This document shows, piece by piece, positions 31,433 to 41,653 of a stretch of 64,000 bases of DNA. Under the pieces are notes generated by a model. The model searched no databases. It worked only from the letters and a program-made list of their open reading frames with translations, and was not told where the DNA came from. The stretch's first letter is position 1. Every line of letters begins with the position of its first letter. The DNA lies in the NCBI GenBank assembly GCA_963765495.1, contig CAVXWP010000002.1, positions 448,001-512,000 on the forward strand, written 5' to 3'. The DNA comes from Blastocatellia bacterium (GTDB lineage Bacteria > Acidobacteriota > Blastocatellia > UBA7656). Made by a program: the position numbers and the translations under genes.

Positions 31433-32525
31433 GCGTTTGTACGGCAACGACCTCTTTATCTTCCTCAGATCGCAAGGCGCCATCCAGCGAATCAACCTCT
31501 TCTACCTGCTTCTCGCCTATGCGCCTCAAGCGGTCGAGCGACATACCGTCTTTAATAACATAAAACAGACCAAACAGCGTAGCAGGCGCGAATATCACAA
31601 GGTGAAGGACGATAGCCACGGATGCGGCCTTGTTTTTGTCTACGCCTAAAAATATAAGCGAGGCCGCCGCCGCCGTATGAAAAGGGCCTGTGGCTCCGCC
31701 CGGTGTCGGCACCACCGACCCGAGCATGGAGATGCCCATAACGAAGACCGCGCCCGTAAAAGGGATCTGGGCATAAGGAATGTCGAAGGCACGCACGACC
31801 AGAAGATGAGCAACCGCCGACATAAACCAGAGCAGCACCGTATAGGAGACGGTGATTGTGAGACTCCTCGCATCGTGAAAGACGGCCAGCCCCTCCGAGA
31901 TGTGATGGAGCAGGCTCATCAGTCCCTGTTTGATATGGCGGGGCAGCCGGTCAAGTTTGCGATCCAGAAACGAGAGGACGCCTTCTCTGCGATGGCGGAA
32001 GACCGAAAGACCGTAAACGCCCGCCGCCGCCGCAAGCAACAACAGCACGCCTATGATCTTGATCAGCCCGAACAATTTCATCGCTTCGGCATCGCCCGTC
32101 GTGTATTCGAAAAAGATCAGATTCACGGCAAAAAACAGGACGACCATGACCATATCGAATACGCGTTCGATCATAACGGTCGCATAGCTTGCCGATGGGT
32201 GAACCCGCTCTTTTACCGAAAGCACGGCGGGCCGGACTATGAACTCTCCCGCGCGCCCCATCAAAAACATTGCCGAAAAGCCCACCACCGTAGCGCGAAA
32301 CAACGCCCTGAGCGACGGGTAAGCCATCGGTTCAAGCAATGCGCGCCATCTGAGGACGCGGACGAAATAGGTCCCGACAAGTAAGACAAGGGCCAGAGCG
32401 AGTTGCGCCCAGCTCGCCCCGCCGACCTCGGTCCAAACCTGTCTCCAGTCCAGTTTATGCGCGAACCAGTAGACGAATAATCCGCCTACGATAAGGCTCG
32501 CTATAGTTTTGAGCCTGCTCTTCAA
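31428..32525 (-). CDS. Lysylphosphatidylglycerol synthase TM-region/UPF0104 flippase-like membrane protein
   Basis: RVLRWRALL, GRAGEFIVR, ERVFD, PTPGGATG; multiple TM helices. Confidence 0.88.
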   Translation of the reverse strand: MKSRLKTIASLIVGGLFVYWFAHKLDWRQVWTEVGGASWAQLALALVLLVGTYFVRVLRWRALLEPMAYPSLRALFRATVVGFSAMFLMGRAGEFIVRPAVLSVKERVHPSASYATVMIERVFDMVMVVLFFAVNLIFFEYTTGDAEAMKLFGLIKIIGVLLLLAAAAGVYGLSVFRHRREGVLSFLDRKLDRLPRHIKQGLMSLLHHISEGLAVFHDARSLTITVSYTVLLWFMSAVAHLLVVRAFDIPYAQIPFTGAVFVMGISMLGSVVPTPGGATGPFHTAAAASLIFLGVDKNKAASVAIVLHLVIFAPATLFGLFYVIKDGMSLDRLRRIGEKQVEEVDSLDGALRSEEDKEVVAVQTP

Positions 32526-32566
32526 AGCTTCCAGCCATTCCGCATAGTATGCTATCTTAAAATCTA

Positions 32567-32717
32567 AAGGCGCGTGCCGATCATTGATTCCCTGAGTTCG
32601 CCTTGATTCAACGGTTCAGCCTCCGGGCACTGAGCCAAGCGGGGATTCTAGCATGAACTCCTGGCCCTTCGCACGTCCCCGACGAGTGTGGGTGAGACGA
32701 GGGCGGGCACAAGCCTT
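32567..32717 (+). ncRNA. ssrS: Probable 6S RNA
   Basis: Long rod: AAGGC-GTGCC/GGGCAC-GCCTT closing stem, GAGTTC/GAACTC and GGTTCAG/CTGAGCC inner stems around bulges; extended -10 TGCTATCTT just upstream. The family call is from recalled resemblance, not a covariance search. Confidence 0.55.
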
Positions 32718-32720
32718 GTG

Positions 32721-32746
32721 GGAACATTTCGAGTTACCATCTCGTT
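32721..32746 (+). promoter_or_regulatory. ECF sigma-type promoter
   Basis: GGAAC-17nt-CGTT upstream of the ECF sigma gene. Confidence 0.55.
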
Positions 32747-32788
32747 TAGCGAGTTGGACGACCCCGGGCGATTCTGCCAGGGTTAAGA

Positions 32789-33400
32789 ATGAAGCTTACG
32801 AGAAGGCGACAGGTGGGAGCAAGATTAGCTTTGACGTCAAGCGATGCTGAATTGGTTCAGCGTTGTATAGAAGGAGACCAGCATGCCTGGGCGGAGGTGG
32901 TGCGTTCATATTCGCGCCGCATCTACAACCTGGCATACCGCTTTACGTCGAGCCACGCGGCGGCAGAAGACCTGACCCAGGAAGTCTTCATTCGCGTCTA
33001 TCGCTCGCTCGGGCAATACGACGCCGCGCTCGGAGATTTATCGAACTGGCTCATGCGGCTGGCGCGCAATCTGATCATCGACGATTATCGCAAACGCCAG
33101 CGCACGCCTACGGATTCGAGCGACGATCTGGCCGATCACGAATATCACCTGCCTGCCGGTATAGACTCTCCGCAACGCTCGCTTGAGCGCAAGGAGCGCA
33201 GGCTACAGGTGCTTGCGGCCATTGACAAACTTTCTGCCGACCTGCGCGAGTGCGTCATTCTTCGAGACATCGAAGAGTTGACTTACCAGGAGATTGTGGA
33301 CCTCCTCCAGATACCGGAAGGCACGGTCAAGAGCCGGATCAATCGAGGCCGGATCGAGCTGGCCAAGGTGTTGCGCAGGATGAAGGTCAGTCCTGATTAG
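32789..33400 (+). CDS. ECF sigma factor (RpoE/SigW-like)
   Basis: AEDLTQEVF, WLMRLARNLIID, LTYQEI, GTVKSRINRGR; start may be slightly downstream. Confidence 0.96.
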   Translation: MKLTRRRQVGARLALTSSDAELVQRCIEGDQHAWAEVVRSYSRRIYNLAYRFTSSHAAAEDLTQEVFIRVYRSLGQYDAALGDLSNWLMRLARNLIIDDYRKRQRTPTDSSDDLADHEYHLPAGIDSPQRSLERKERRLQVLAAIDKLSADLRECVILRDIEELTYQEIVDLLQIPEGTVKSRINRGRIELAKVLRRMKVSPD

Positions 33401-33535
33401 GGCGGCTGGCATCCGGCAGTCCTCAGTAGTCCGTATAAGCCACTGATTGCTGATAGCTGAAATCATATCGCCGATAAGCTTTCGGGCGAGCCGGGAATAC
33501 TTTATGGAGAGTGGAGATTCCTACCACTGAAGACT

Positions 33536-34399
33536 ATGAATTGCAGTAAGTTTGAAGAATCGCTGAGTGAATATCTGGACGGGTTGCTCGAGCCGGGCGA
33601 GGCAAAATTGTTTGGCGCGCACGCGCTACAGTGCCGCTCTTGCCGGGGCTTGCTTGACGAAATCAAAGCCGCGCTCAAGGATTGCCGCGATCAGTTCGAC
33701 CTTGAGCCTTCCGAAGCGCTCGAAGCCTCGCTTGTTCGGATTCCATCCGAATACGGAATGCTTGATTGCGAGGGTTTTCAAGAACTGGTAACAGAGTTTC
33801 TCGACGGGTTCGTGCCGGCCCACACTTATCATCGTTTTGAAACCCACGCGGAAAGCTGTTGTGAGTGTTCGAGTCTTTTAACCGAAGTGGTTTACGCTGT
33901 GGCCGCCTGCCATTCGGTTCATACCTACGAAAATTATGAGGTGCCTGAAGCTTTGTTTAACAAGCTTCAGGCACTGATGCCGGAGAAACGCCGCAGTTTG
34001 AGGCGGGCAATTTCGGATCGTATAACCACGTGGGCCGGGTATTTGATTCCGAGCAAGACTCAGGGCGCGCCCTGGAGTTTTGCCACCGCTTCGATGCTTG
34101 CGTTTTCTACCTTCGCGCTGCTGCTCTTCTCTTTTTCGGATGACAGGACGGTAACCGGGATATACAGGCAGGCTCATCTGAAGGCTGCCGAATTCTACAC
34201 TCAGAGCGCAGACATCTATGCACAAAGGGCCGAGGTAGTCGCTCGCATACAGGAAGTCGGCTCCGGTATAGAAGAGATATGGGACACGCTCGGCGGCACT
34301 GATCCCAACGGAAATCCGACTGCAAAGAAGCCCGCTAAAGAGAATCAAAAGAATGAATCGAGCGCACCCAGACCCAAAGGTTCAAACCAAAAGCACTGA
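33536..34399 (+). CDS. Membrane anti-sigma factor with two zf-HC2 (ZAS) domains
   Basis: YLDG...HALQCRSC and FLDG...HAESCCEC, then a TM helix; follows the sigma gene. Confidence 0.85.
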   Translation: MNCSKFEESLSEYLDGLLEPGEAKLFGAHALQCRSCRGLLDEIKAALKDCRDQFDLEPSEALEASLVRIPSEYGMLDCEGFQELVTEFLDGFVPAHTYHRFETHAESCCECSSLLTEVVYAVAACHSVHTYENYEVPEALFNKLQALMPEKRRSLRRAISDRITTWAGYLIPSKTQGAPWSFATASMLAFSTFALLLFSFSDDRTVTGIYRQAHLKAAEFYTQSADIYAQRAEVVARIQEVGSGIEEIWDTLGGTDPNGNPTAKKPAKENQKNESSAPRPKGSNQKH

Positions 34400-34573
34400 A
34401 GCGAATTCGAAAAGATGCAAATAGGAACGAGCACAACGGGGGACACGAAAAATCCAGAAGAGCGGTGGTCCTCGCGAGGTTTCGGTGTTGCCGCTTTGGT
34501 CGTTGAATCAAGACTGAAAATCAAACGAACGCGAAATAGTTTTTACCTTGATTTATCGAGACAGTAATTCCGC

Positions 34574-34599
34574 AGAACCACAAGCCCTTCGGTTTCGTT
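34574..34599 (+). promoter_or_regulatory. ECF sigma-type promoter
   Basis: AGAAC-17nt-CGTT, same spacing as the site at 32721. Confidence 0.5.
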
Positions 34600-34654
34600 C
34601 TGAACTTATGAGGGCCGCAAAAGGCGCTACTCATAATATTAAAGATAGGATCAA

Positions 34655-35386
34655 ATGAATATGTACTGTGCTTACCATCCAAATAATCCTGCCCGTGTGC
34701 AATGCAGGAGTTGCTCGCGCTCTTTATGCGCCGCTTGCGATCATCGGATAAAGGGTTCGGCCTACTGCCAGGACTGTATCGTGCTCGGCATCGAAAATCT
34801 TTCGCGCAATTATTACCGGGCAGGCCAGTCGAAAGGGCGCGCCCGCCTTGCAGCTCTCTGCGCGCTGCTGCCCGGCATGGGCGCGGTCTTCAATCGTCAG
34901 AACATCAAGGCCGTCGTCCACTTCGTAACCATCATGGGGATATTCCAGCTTACGCGCATTGACGGGCTTGAAGGCGTATTTGTTCTGGGCGGAATCGCTT
35001 TTTACCTTTACACGATCATCGATGCCTACCGCACGGCGCAGTCGATAGCGCAGGGAGAGAGTCCGGCGGCAAACGAAGAGAGATTCAAGCAATCATTGAT
35101 AAAGCGCGCCCCGACAGTCGGGTTGATATTGATAGTGGCCGGTCTCCTGCTCGTGATTCAGATACTTCATCCGTTCAATCTCATACTCTCGTTTGCGCGG
35201 CTCCTGCCGGTAGCATTGATCGTGCTGGGCGGATACCTGCTCACGCGATACTTCAAACGCTCGCGCGACGGAGGCTCATCGAAAGATCATTCCGAGCGAC
35301 CGCCTTATCAACTTGTGCCCGGAGCATACGGCGGGCGCGAGTCTCAATCTTCCAGCAGGGCGTCTCATCCGTTCGACCGGAGGTAA
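34655..35386 (+). CDS. B-box zinc finger membrane protein
   Basis: CAYHP, CRSC, CAAC, CQDC; LPGMGAVFN; several TM helices. Confidence 0.85.
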   Translation: MNMYCAYHPNNPARVQCRSCSRSLCAACDHRIKGSAYCQDCIVLGIENLSRNYYRAGQSKGRARLAALCALLPGMGAVFNRQNIKAVVHFVTIMGIFQLTRIDGLEGVFVLGGIAFYLYTIIDAYRTAQSIAQGESPAANEERFKQSLIKRAPTVGLILIVAGLLLVIQILHPFNLILSFARLLPVALIVLGGYLLTRYFKRSRDGGSSKDHSERPPYQLVPGAYGGRESQSSSRASHPFDRR

Positions 35387-35389
35387 GAG

Positions 35390-37114
35390 TTGGCATCAGC
35401 GGGCAAAAAGAAGAAGGGCCTGTTACTTGTCGGGCTGCTGCTTGTGACGGCAGGAATCATCTTCGTCACATTTCCGGCAAGCGCAAGCCTGGCCGAATGG
35501 CTGATGCGGCTCTGGCCCGTCTTTCTGATCTGCGCGGGCGTTGTTCGCGTTATGGGATACGCAATCGAGCGCAAGCCTCGCTCGCCTCTGGGCGGAATGT
35601 TCCTGATAATCATCGGAGTTCTTTTTCTTGCCTCCCGTTTTCACTCAGATTTGAATGCGCTACAGATCTACGGACGATACTGGCTGCTGCTGCTTGGCGT
35701 ATTTGCCGGAGTGGAGTTGCTCAGATTCTACTCGCACCGTCACACGGAAGGGCCCCCGCCTCGCCTGTTTACGCCCTGGCGTTTGATCGTAATCGCCTTC
35801 ATCGTGAGCACAGGAGTTCTGGCCAATCGTGTGGCAGGAGACAACCCTTCCCTCTTATCCGCGCTAAAGTTGCCAAAATTTTTGAGCGGCCTGCGTGATT
35901 CCGTGGTCGGCGACAAATACACTTTTAATGACGAGCCCTTCGTAGCGCAGGCCGACAAGGCAGGCAGCAAAGTAACGATCAGAAACAGCTACGGCAGCGT
36001 CAAGGTCACAGGCGGGAGCCAGACTTTTCGCGCAACGCTCAGTAAAGGCGTGCGCGCCTGGAGCGAAGAAGACGCCCGCAAGATAGCCGGAGAGATTCGC
36101 CTGATCGTCAATCAGAACGAGGACGGGTGGGTTATTACCACCAATCGGGAAGAGATCAACAATCAGTTCACGACCGATATTCAAGTCGAGGTTCCTTCCT
36201 CAATCGCGCTCTTCGTTACCAACAGCTATGGCTCGGCCTCGGCGACAGGAGACCTGAGCGGTGTAACGATGAAGGTCAGCTACGGCAGAGCGGATGTGGC
36301 GGGTACAAACGGAGACGTAAATCTCGATCTGACATACAGCGATGCAGGGGTCTCGAACGTAAACGGCGATCTCAATATAAACGGGGCCAGGCGGGTAAAG
36401 ATAGCGGACGTGTCGGGTTCGGTAGAACTCGGGGCCAATAACGGCTCGATAGAGCTTTACAAAATCGCGGGACCGGCTCATGTGGAAGCGCCGTTTTCAT
36501 CCATCAGCGCCGAAGACCTCAGCAGCAGCGCCCGGATCAAGACCGAGCACTCAAGTGTTCGAGTTGCCCGCGCCGCCGATGTGGATATCGAGGCCCCTCA
36601 CTCGGATGTCCACGCCGAAGATATAGCCGGGGATTTGAAAATAACATCCTCTCATAGCAAGATCGATCTCCACTCAATCGGCGGCGAACTGACAATATCT
36701 GCTGATCGAAGCTCGGTTGTGACCGACAACACCGAGGGGCCGATTGACATAAAGACCTCGCACGGCAGTGTAACGGTTCGGAATTTTTATGAAAGCGTGA
36801 ATATCGAAACGAGCTATCGAGATGTGACGCTCGTGTCGGCCATTCAGCCTGAAAACGACATCGAAGTGGAAAACGACCACGGCGCGATAAAACTCGTGCT
36901 TCCCGAGCCGAGTCAGTTTTATCTCGACGCGGCGAGCCACAGCGGGCAGGTCAGGCCAATCGGGTTCAGCAATCTTCCATCGAGGATACGCGACAGCGCC
37001 ACGGTTTCGCTTGGTTCGGATGGGCCGGTCATCAAGCTGAGAACATCTTACAGGGACATAACTATAGAGGCGAACAAAGACCGTCAGGAGCAGGCCGACA
37101 GGGCCGTCAATTGA
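35390..37114 (+). CDS. LiaF/DUF5668-like TM region plus DUF4097 beta-strand repeat domain
   Basis: LWPVFLI and YWLLLLG TM motifs; repeated NSYGSV/SHGSV/SYRDI strands. Confidence 0.82.
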   Translation: MASAGKKKKGLLLVGLLLVTAGIIFVTFPASASLAEWLMRLWPVFLICAGVVRVMGYAIERKPRSPLGGMFLIIIGVLFLASRFHSDLNALQIYGRYWLLLLGVFAGVELLRFYSHRHTEGPPPRLFTPWRLIVIAFIVSTGVLANRVAGDNPSLLSALKLPKFLSGLRDSVVGDKYTFNDEPFVAQADKAGSKVTIRNSYGSVKVTGGSQTFRATLSKGVRAWSEEDARKIAGEIRLIVNQNEDGWVITTNREEINNQFTTDIQVEVPSSIALFVTNSYGSASATGDLSGVTMKVSYGRADVAGTNGDVNLDLTYSDAGVSNVNGDLNINGARRVKIADVSGSVELGANNGSIELYKIAGPAHVEAPFSSISAEDLSSSARIKTEHSSVRVARAADVDIEAPHSDVHAEDIAGDLKITSSHSKIDLHSIGGELTISADRSSVVTDNTEGPIDIKTSHGSVTVRNFYESVNIETSYRDVTLVSAIQPENDIEVENDHGAIKLVLPEPSQFYLDAASHSGQVRPIGFSNLPSRIRDSATVSLGSDGPVIKLRTSYRDITIEANKDRQEQADRAVN

Positions 37115-37225
37115 ACTGGAATTGCGGGATGCAGTTTGCCGGATTCAGCAACCGCAATCAACTTCGTCGTCTTCTCTAAAGAAATTGGGTGAAACCGGCA
37201 GTAAAGATTTGAAAGGAGTCAACTC

Positions 37226-37414
37226 ATGGGAATTTTGAGATTCATCATAGGCATTGTGACCTTCGTCATCGCCGTCAAGCTTCTTGCCATACTACTGGTG
37301 CTTGTCGGTTTTGCGTTGAAGCTACTCTGGCTTGCGATAATAGTGGGCTTTTTCGTTTTGATCGGATGGGTCATCTACAAAATAGTATCGCCCTCACGCG
37401 CGGCTCAGGTTTGA
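37226..37414 (+). CDS. Small hydrophobic membrane protein
   Basis: Strong SD GAAAGGAG; 62 aa, almost all hydrophobic. Confidence 0.8.
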   Translation: MGILRFIIGIVTFVIAVKLLAILLVLVGFALKLLWLAIIVGFFVLIGWVIYKIVSPSRAAQV

Positions 37415-37442
37415 CAGGGGGGGCCTTTGACCTTTTCAGCTG

Positions 37443-37487
37443 TGAGATATTAAATCTCAATTTTGAAAATTGAGATTTAATATCTCA
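37443..37487. repeat. Perfect 22-bp-arm palindrome with a 1-nt centre
   Basis: TGAGATATTAAATCTCAATTTT-G-AAAATTGAGATTTAATATCTCA. Confidence 0.95.
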
Positions 37488-37726
37488 GTCGGCCTGCCCT
37501 TTGCAGGCATTTTCAGTTTATTGCAATTCTCATACATCTATTTCAGGATCGACTTGATTCTATTGCCATTTCACGCCTTTGTGTGATAGCCTGCGAAGTC
37601 TGTTTGAGCAGGTTGTACCCCTCACGAACAAGTTTTTGGGAAAGTTTATTTGTAAACTGATCGGGTGTTGCTGTGGGACATTGGCAACATCCCTACACTC
37701 TGCTAACAGAGCAAAGGAGATGTTGA

Positions 37727-38584
37727 ATGTCGAAAGATGATCGCCGCTTGACCTTTCTGATCGTTCCTACCCCTACGTCTAAGGCAAGGCGCATTAGTAT
37801 TCATCATAATGTTATCTATATCGCAGGCGGGGCGGTTGGTCTCTTGCTGCTGCTCGCGCTACTGGCCACCGTGCGCCTGTTGCAGCACGAGACGCTCAAC
37901 TTCAAGTTGATGTCGGTCAAGGCCGAAAATGAAAGCCTCAAGAAACAGAATGACGAATACGAAAGTTCTTACGCAAAGCTCAAGGGGCAGATATCTTATA
38001 TCGAGGACATGTCAAAAGAGCTTGCCCGGCAGGCAAAGATGGAGAACGTCCCCGAGATAGACGATCAGGTAGGCACAGGCGGACCAGAGACGGTGGCGGC
38101 GATTGATCGAGCGGCAGATCAGTTGGAACACAATGTCAGAGAGATAGGCGATCAGTTGCAATCAGACATTCTGCGCGTGGCCTCGATTCCGTCGGGGCTG
38201 CCGGTCAACGGATACATAACCGACGGGCTTGGCCTCAGACGAAACCCCTTCAGCGGAGAGGGTCGCGAAGTCCATAACGGATTGGATATAGCGGTTGAGT
38301 TTGGCACACCCGTCGCCACGACGGCTGACGGATTGGTGATATGGGCCGGGCCTTATGGCGGGTACGGCAATCTCGTGGCCATCTATCACAGCAACGGAAT
38401 CACGACCCGCTACGGCCATCTATCGAGGATCACAGTCGAAGCCGGGCAGCGGGTAAAGCGCGGCGATCAAATAGGCCACGCGGGCAGCACGGGACGGTCG
38501 ACCGGGCCGCACGTGCATTACGAGATACGCGAAAACGATCAGCCGATTGATCCTCTCAGATATGCCGATCTGGCTCGCCCGTAG
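37727..38584 (+). CDS. M23 family metallopeptidase with an N-terminal TM helix and coiled coil
   Basis: HNGLD, TRYGHL, TGRSTGPHVHYE. Confidence 0.95.
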   Translation: MSKDDRRLTFLIVPTPTSKARRISIHHNVIYIAGGAVGLLLLLALLATVRLLQHETLNFKLMSVKAENESLKKQNDEYESSYAKLKGQISYIEDMSKELARQAKMENVPEIDDQVGTGGPETVAAIDRAADQLEHNVREIGDQLQSDILRVASIPSGLPVNGYITDGLGLRRNPFSGEGREVHNGLDIAVEFGTPVATTADGLVIWAGPYGGYGNLVAIYHSNGITTRYGHLSRITVEAGQRVKRGDQIGHAGSTGRSTGPHVHYEIRENDQPIDPLRYADLARP

Positions 38585-38616
38585 GGGGCGAGGCGGGTTG
38601 ATCTGCCGGGCGCAGG

Positions 38617-38982
38617 CTAGGAAAACAGATCGGTCAGGTCGCTGAAATCAAGCAGATCAAGCAACGAATGATTGCGATCAAGCTTATTTCCGGCGGTCCT
38701 GCGAATCAATTCATCCACTTTCGTACTTACCTCGTTATTTTCTTCTTTATCCGTAGTCTTGTGCAGGCGGCGCAGATCGGATTCTCGAACTTTTAGAAAA
38801 TGTTCCGGCAACCGGCGTCCGCAATAGCTGCAATTGGGACTTGCAAGCGCGAGCAATCTGCGGCGGCAATACGGGCAGGCGCGAAAATCAGGCGCAGCTT
38901 GCCTTATAGGAGCGCCGCAATTCACACATTTCAAAGCGCCTTCGTCGTTTGCGCTCTGGCAATATTCGCAGTTGGTTTCCAT
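38617..38982 (-). CDS. Double zinc-ribbon protein
   Basis: CEYC, CVNC, CPYC, CSYC. Confidence 0.75.
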   Translation of the reverse strand: METNCEYCQSANDEGALKCVNCGAPIRQAAPDFRACPYCRRRLLALASPNCSYCGRRLPEHFLKVRESDLRRLHKTTDKEENNEVSTKVDELIRRTAGNKLDRNHSLLDLLDFSDLTDLFS

Positions 38983-39143
38983 CTATCAAAGGTCTTGACT
39001 GATCAAACACTGTAGGGGATTTACGGTTTCGATCATAAGCGAAGACCGAAAGGCTCACAACACTTTTCCGATAACCCACGACCTTTGATCACGATTTTTA
39101 CGATTCAGCCCCGTACGGGCGGGCATTCGATTTTCTACCTAGC

Positions 39144-39173
39144 TTGACACTCAATTTCCCGTGGAAGTAAGAT
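39144..39173 (+). promoter_or_regulatory. sigma70 promoter of the nuo operon
   Basis: TTGACA-18nt-TAAGAT. Confidence 0.65.
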
Positions 39174-39244
39174 GCGTAGTCTTGGAGGGCGGCAAATTTT
39201 TTGCCCGTTATAAGGCTGTCGCCCGAATTGGAGACTTGACTTAT

Positions 39245-39649
39245 ATGAATCAAGCCGCGTCTGGAATAGCTGACTACATACCGATACTTCTCATCTTCAT
39301 CATCGCAACCGGATTCGCCGTGGTAATGATCGTCATGTCGAGGTTTGCGGGCAGGAATCGCCCCACGAAAGAGAAACTCGCGCCTTACGAGTGCGGCGTC
39401 GAACCTGTCGGCACGGCCCGCGAGCGCCAATCGGTGAAGTTTTATCTGGTGGCAATGATATTCTTGCTATTCGATCTTGAGGCCGTATTTCTTGTGCCCT
39501 GGGCAGCAGTCTTTTCCGGCGTGCTCAAAGACCCGCAATATAGCTCGCTCAAATACGTATTCTACGGCGAAATGATGGTCTTTATGGTTATACTGGCCGT
39601 CGGCCTCATCTATGTGTGGCGCAAAGGCATTCTCGAATGGAACCGCTGA
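39245..39649 (+). CDS. nuoA: NADH-quinone oxidoreductase subunit A
   Basis: PYECG, FYLVAMIFLLFDLE, WRKGILEW. Confidence 0.97.
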   Translation: MNQAASGIADYIPILLIFIIATGFAVVMIVMSRFAGRNRPTKEKLAPYECGVEPVGTARERQSVKFYLVAMIFLLFDLEAVFLVPWAAVFSGVLKDPQYSSLKYVFYGEMMVFMVILAVGLIYVWRKGILEWNR

Positions 39650-39686
39650 AGCCGCAGGTTTGCTTTGGCACGCTACAGATTATCCT

Positions 39687-40709
39687 ATGACGATTGATAT
39701 CCTGCTAGAGTGGCTGATTAAGATCGGCGTTATCTTCATTATTCTGCTGACCGTCGTCGCTTACATGAGCTACATGGAGCGAAGGGTGGCCGGGTGGATT
39801 CAATTGCGAGTAGGCCCGAACCGCGTAGGCCCGCTCGGGCTTTTACAACCGCTCGCCGACGGGCTGAAATTTATCTTTAAAGAAGACATCATCCCTACGG
39901 ATGCGAATCGCTGGCTCTATCTGGCGGCTCCGGCCGTGGCCATCATCCCGGCGCTTATGAGCTTTATCGTTATCCCTTTCGGAAGCTCTGTAAATCTCTT
40001 TGGGCGCGAGATCGCGCTTCGCGTCACGCGACTCGATGTGGCGCTGCTCTACATTCTGGCCATCGGATCGGTAGGTGTGTACGGCGTGGTGCTGGCCGGG
40101 TGGTCTTCAAACAATAAATACTCGCTGCTTGGAAGCCTGCGAGCGAGCGCGCAGATGATAAGCTACGAGCTTTCGCTTGGAATTTCGATAGCGGGTGTGT
40201 TGATGCTTGCCGGTACGCTCGATCTGGTCAATATAGTCGAGTTGCAGAGCGGCAGATGGCTCGGGTTTATTCCGCGCTGGAACATATTCTTGCAGCCGCT
40301 TGGATTTGTGATCTTTTTTATCTCGGCAATGGCTGAAACCAATCGCGTGCCTTTCGATCTGCCCGAGGCAGAAGCCGAGCTTGTCGCGGGTTACTTCACT
40401 GAGTATTCCTCTATGAAATTCGCGATGTTTTTCATGAGCGAATACTTCCACCTGATCACGGTGACATCAATAGCGACGACGCTCTATTTCGGCGGGTGGA
40501 ACGGCCCGTTTGTGAGCCGGTTTCCCTTCTTGAGCCTCGTATATTTCGTGCTCAAGGTCTTTGTGTTTATCTTCATCTTCATGTGGATTCGCTTCACGTT
40601 GCCGCGATTCCGCTACGATCAACTGATGCGCTTCGGATGGAAAGTGCTGCTGCCTGCGGCGATTATCAACGTGGTTATCACGGCGACAGTATTACTGTTC
40701 GTGAGCTAG
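39687..40709 (+). CDS. nuoH: NADH-quinone oxidoreductase subunit H
   Basis: ERRV...[42 protein letters not shown]. Confidence 0.98.
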   Translation: MTIDILLEWLIKIGVIFIILLTVVAYMSYMERRVAGWIQLRVGPNRVGPLGLLQPLADGLKFIFKEDIIPTDANRWLYLAAPAVAIIPALMSFIVIPFGSSVNLFGREIALRVTRLDVALLYILAIGSVGVYGVVLAGWSSNNKYSLLGSLRASAQMISYELSLGISIAGVLMLAGTLDLVNIVELQSGRWLGFIPRWNIFLQPLGFVIFFISAMAETNRVPFDLPEAEAELVAGYFTEYSSMKFAMFFMSEYFHLITVTSIATTLYFGGWNGPFVSRFPFLSLVYFVLKVFVFIFIFMWIRFTLPRFRYDQLMRFGWKVLLPAAIINVVITATVLLFVS

Positions 40710-40719
40710 AGCGCCAACA

Positions 40720-41226
40720 ATGGAAAAAGCCCTCTTCATCATCTTTGCTGTCATTGCGGTCATAACCGCGCTCAATATCCTTATCCAACGCAACCCGCTT
40801 TACAGCGCCCTGTCGCTTATTGGCACGCTTGCCTCGCTATCGGTGCTGTATGTGACGCTGAGGGCGCAATTCATCGCGGCCATTCAGATAGTCGTTTACG
40901 CGGGCGCGATAATGGTATTGTTCCTCTTTGTGATAATGCTGCTCAACGCGCCTAAAGAGACGCTCCATATAGACAAGCAAAAGGGTCTCAGGTATCTGGC
41001 CATACCGTTTGCGGGGATGCTTCTGGCCGAGACTTTTTTCGTGATCTGGCAAGTGCCGTACAAGGTCTTGCCCGCGCCTGAGACGACCGACCGCGCGCTC
41101 GGCACTACCTGGAGCATCGGGACAAAACTGTTTACCGATTATCTGCTGCCGTTTGAAGTGACATCGGTCCTGATTCTGATGGCGATTGTGGGCGCGATGG
41201 TCCTTGCGCGCCGCGAAGGAGACTGA
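40720..41226 (+). CDS. nuoJ: NADH-quinone oxidoreductase subunit J
   Basis: QIVVYAGAIMVLFLFVIMLL, YLLPFEV. Confidence 0.97.
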   Translation: MEKALFIIFAVIAVITALNILIQRNPLYSALSLIGTLASLSVLYVTLRAQFIAAIQIVVYAGAIMVLFLFVIMLLNAPKETLHIDKQKGLRYLAIPFAGMLLAETFFVIWQVPYKVLPAPETTDRALGTTWSIGTKLFTDYLLPFEVTSVLILMAIVGAMVLARREGD

Positions 41227-41322
41227 TTGATTTTAGATTTTAGATTTTGGATTAAGATTCGAAATCCAAAATCTAAAATCGCGCTGCGCGAAGCGCATAA
41301 TGCGCCAAGAAAATCTAAAATT
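41225..41322. repeat. Inverted (GATTTTA)n/(AATCYAA)n array in the nuoJ-nuoK spacer
   Basis: Same family as 2934-3024; the right arm is interrupted by a ~30-nt GC-rich insert. Confidence 0.9.
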
Positions 41323-41333
41323 CTGGAGAGAGT

Positions 41334-41636
41334 ATGGTTCCTTTATCGTGGTATCTGGGTCTGTCGGCTTTGCTTTTTACGATAGGCGCTATAGGAGTCT
41401 TTATCAAACGCAATGCGATCACGATATTCCTGTGCATAGAGCTTATGCTCAACGGGGTCAACCTGTCGCTGGTCGCGTTTTCGGCCTTCTTTCACGAGAT
41501 CACCGGACAACTTTTTGTCTTTATCGTGATGACGGTGGCCGCAGCCGAAGCGGCTGTCGGTCTTGCAATTATTATCTCCATCTTTAGAACACGCGAAACG
41601 CTCAACGTAGACGAAGCCGACGCGCTGAAGCTGTGA
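41334..41636 (+). CDS. nuoK: NADH-quinone oxidoreductase subunit K
   Basis: [17 protein letters not shown]. Confidence 0.98.
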   Translation: MVPLSWYLGLSALLFTIGAIGVFIKRNAITIFLCIELMLNGVNLSLVAFSAFFHEITGQLFVFIVMTVAAAEAAVGLAIIISIFRTRETLNVDEADALKL

Positions 41637-41653
41637 GAGAGTGCTGACATAAA

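Noticed and set aside
37148-37171. Third ECF promoter (GCAAC...CGTC) before the small TM gene
   Set aside because: Spacing is 12 or 15 nt rather than the 17 nt of the other two sites.
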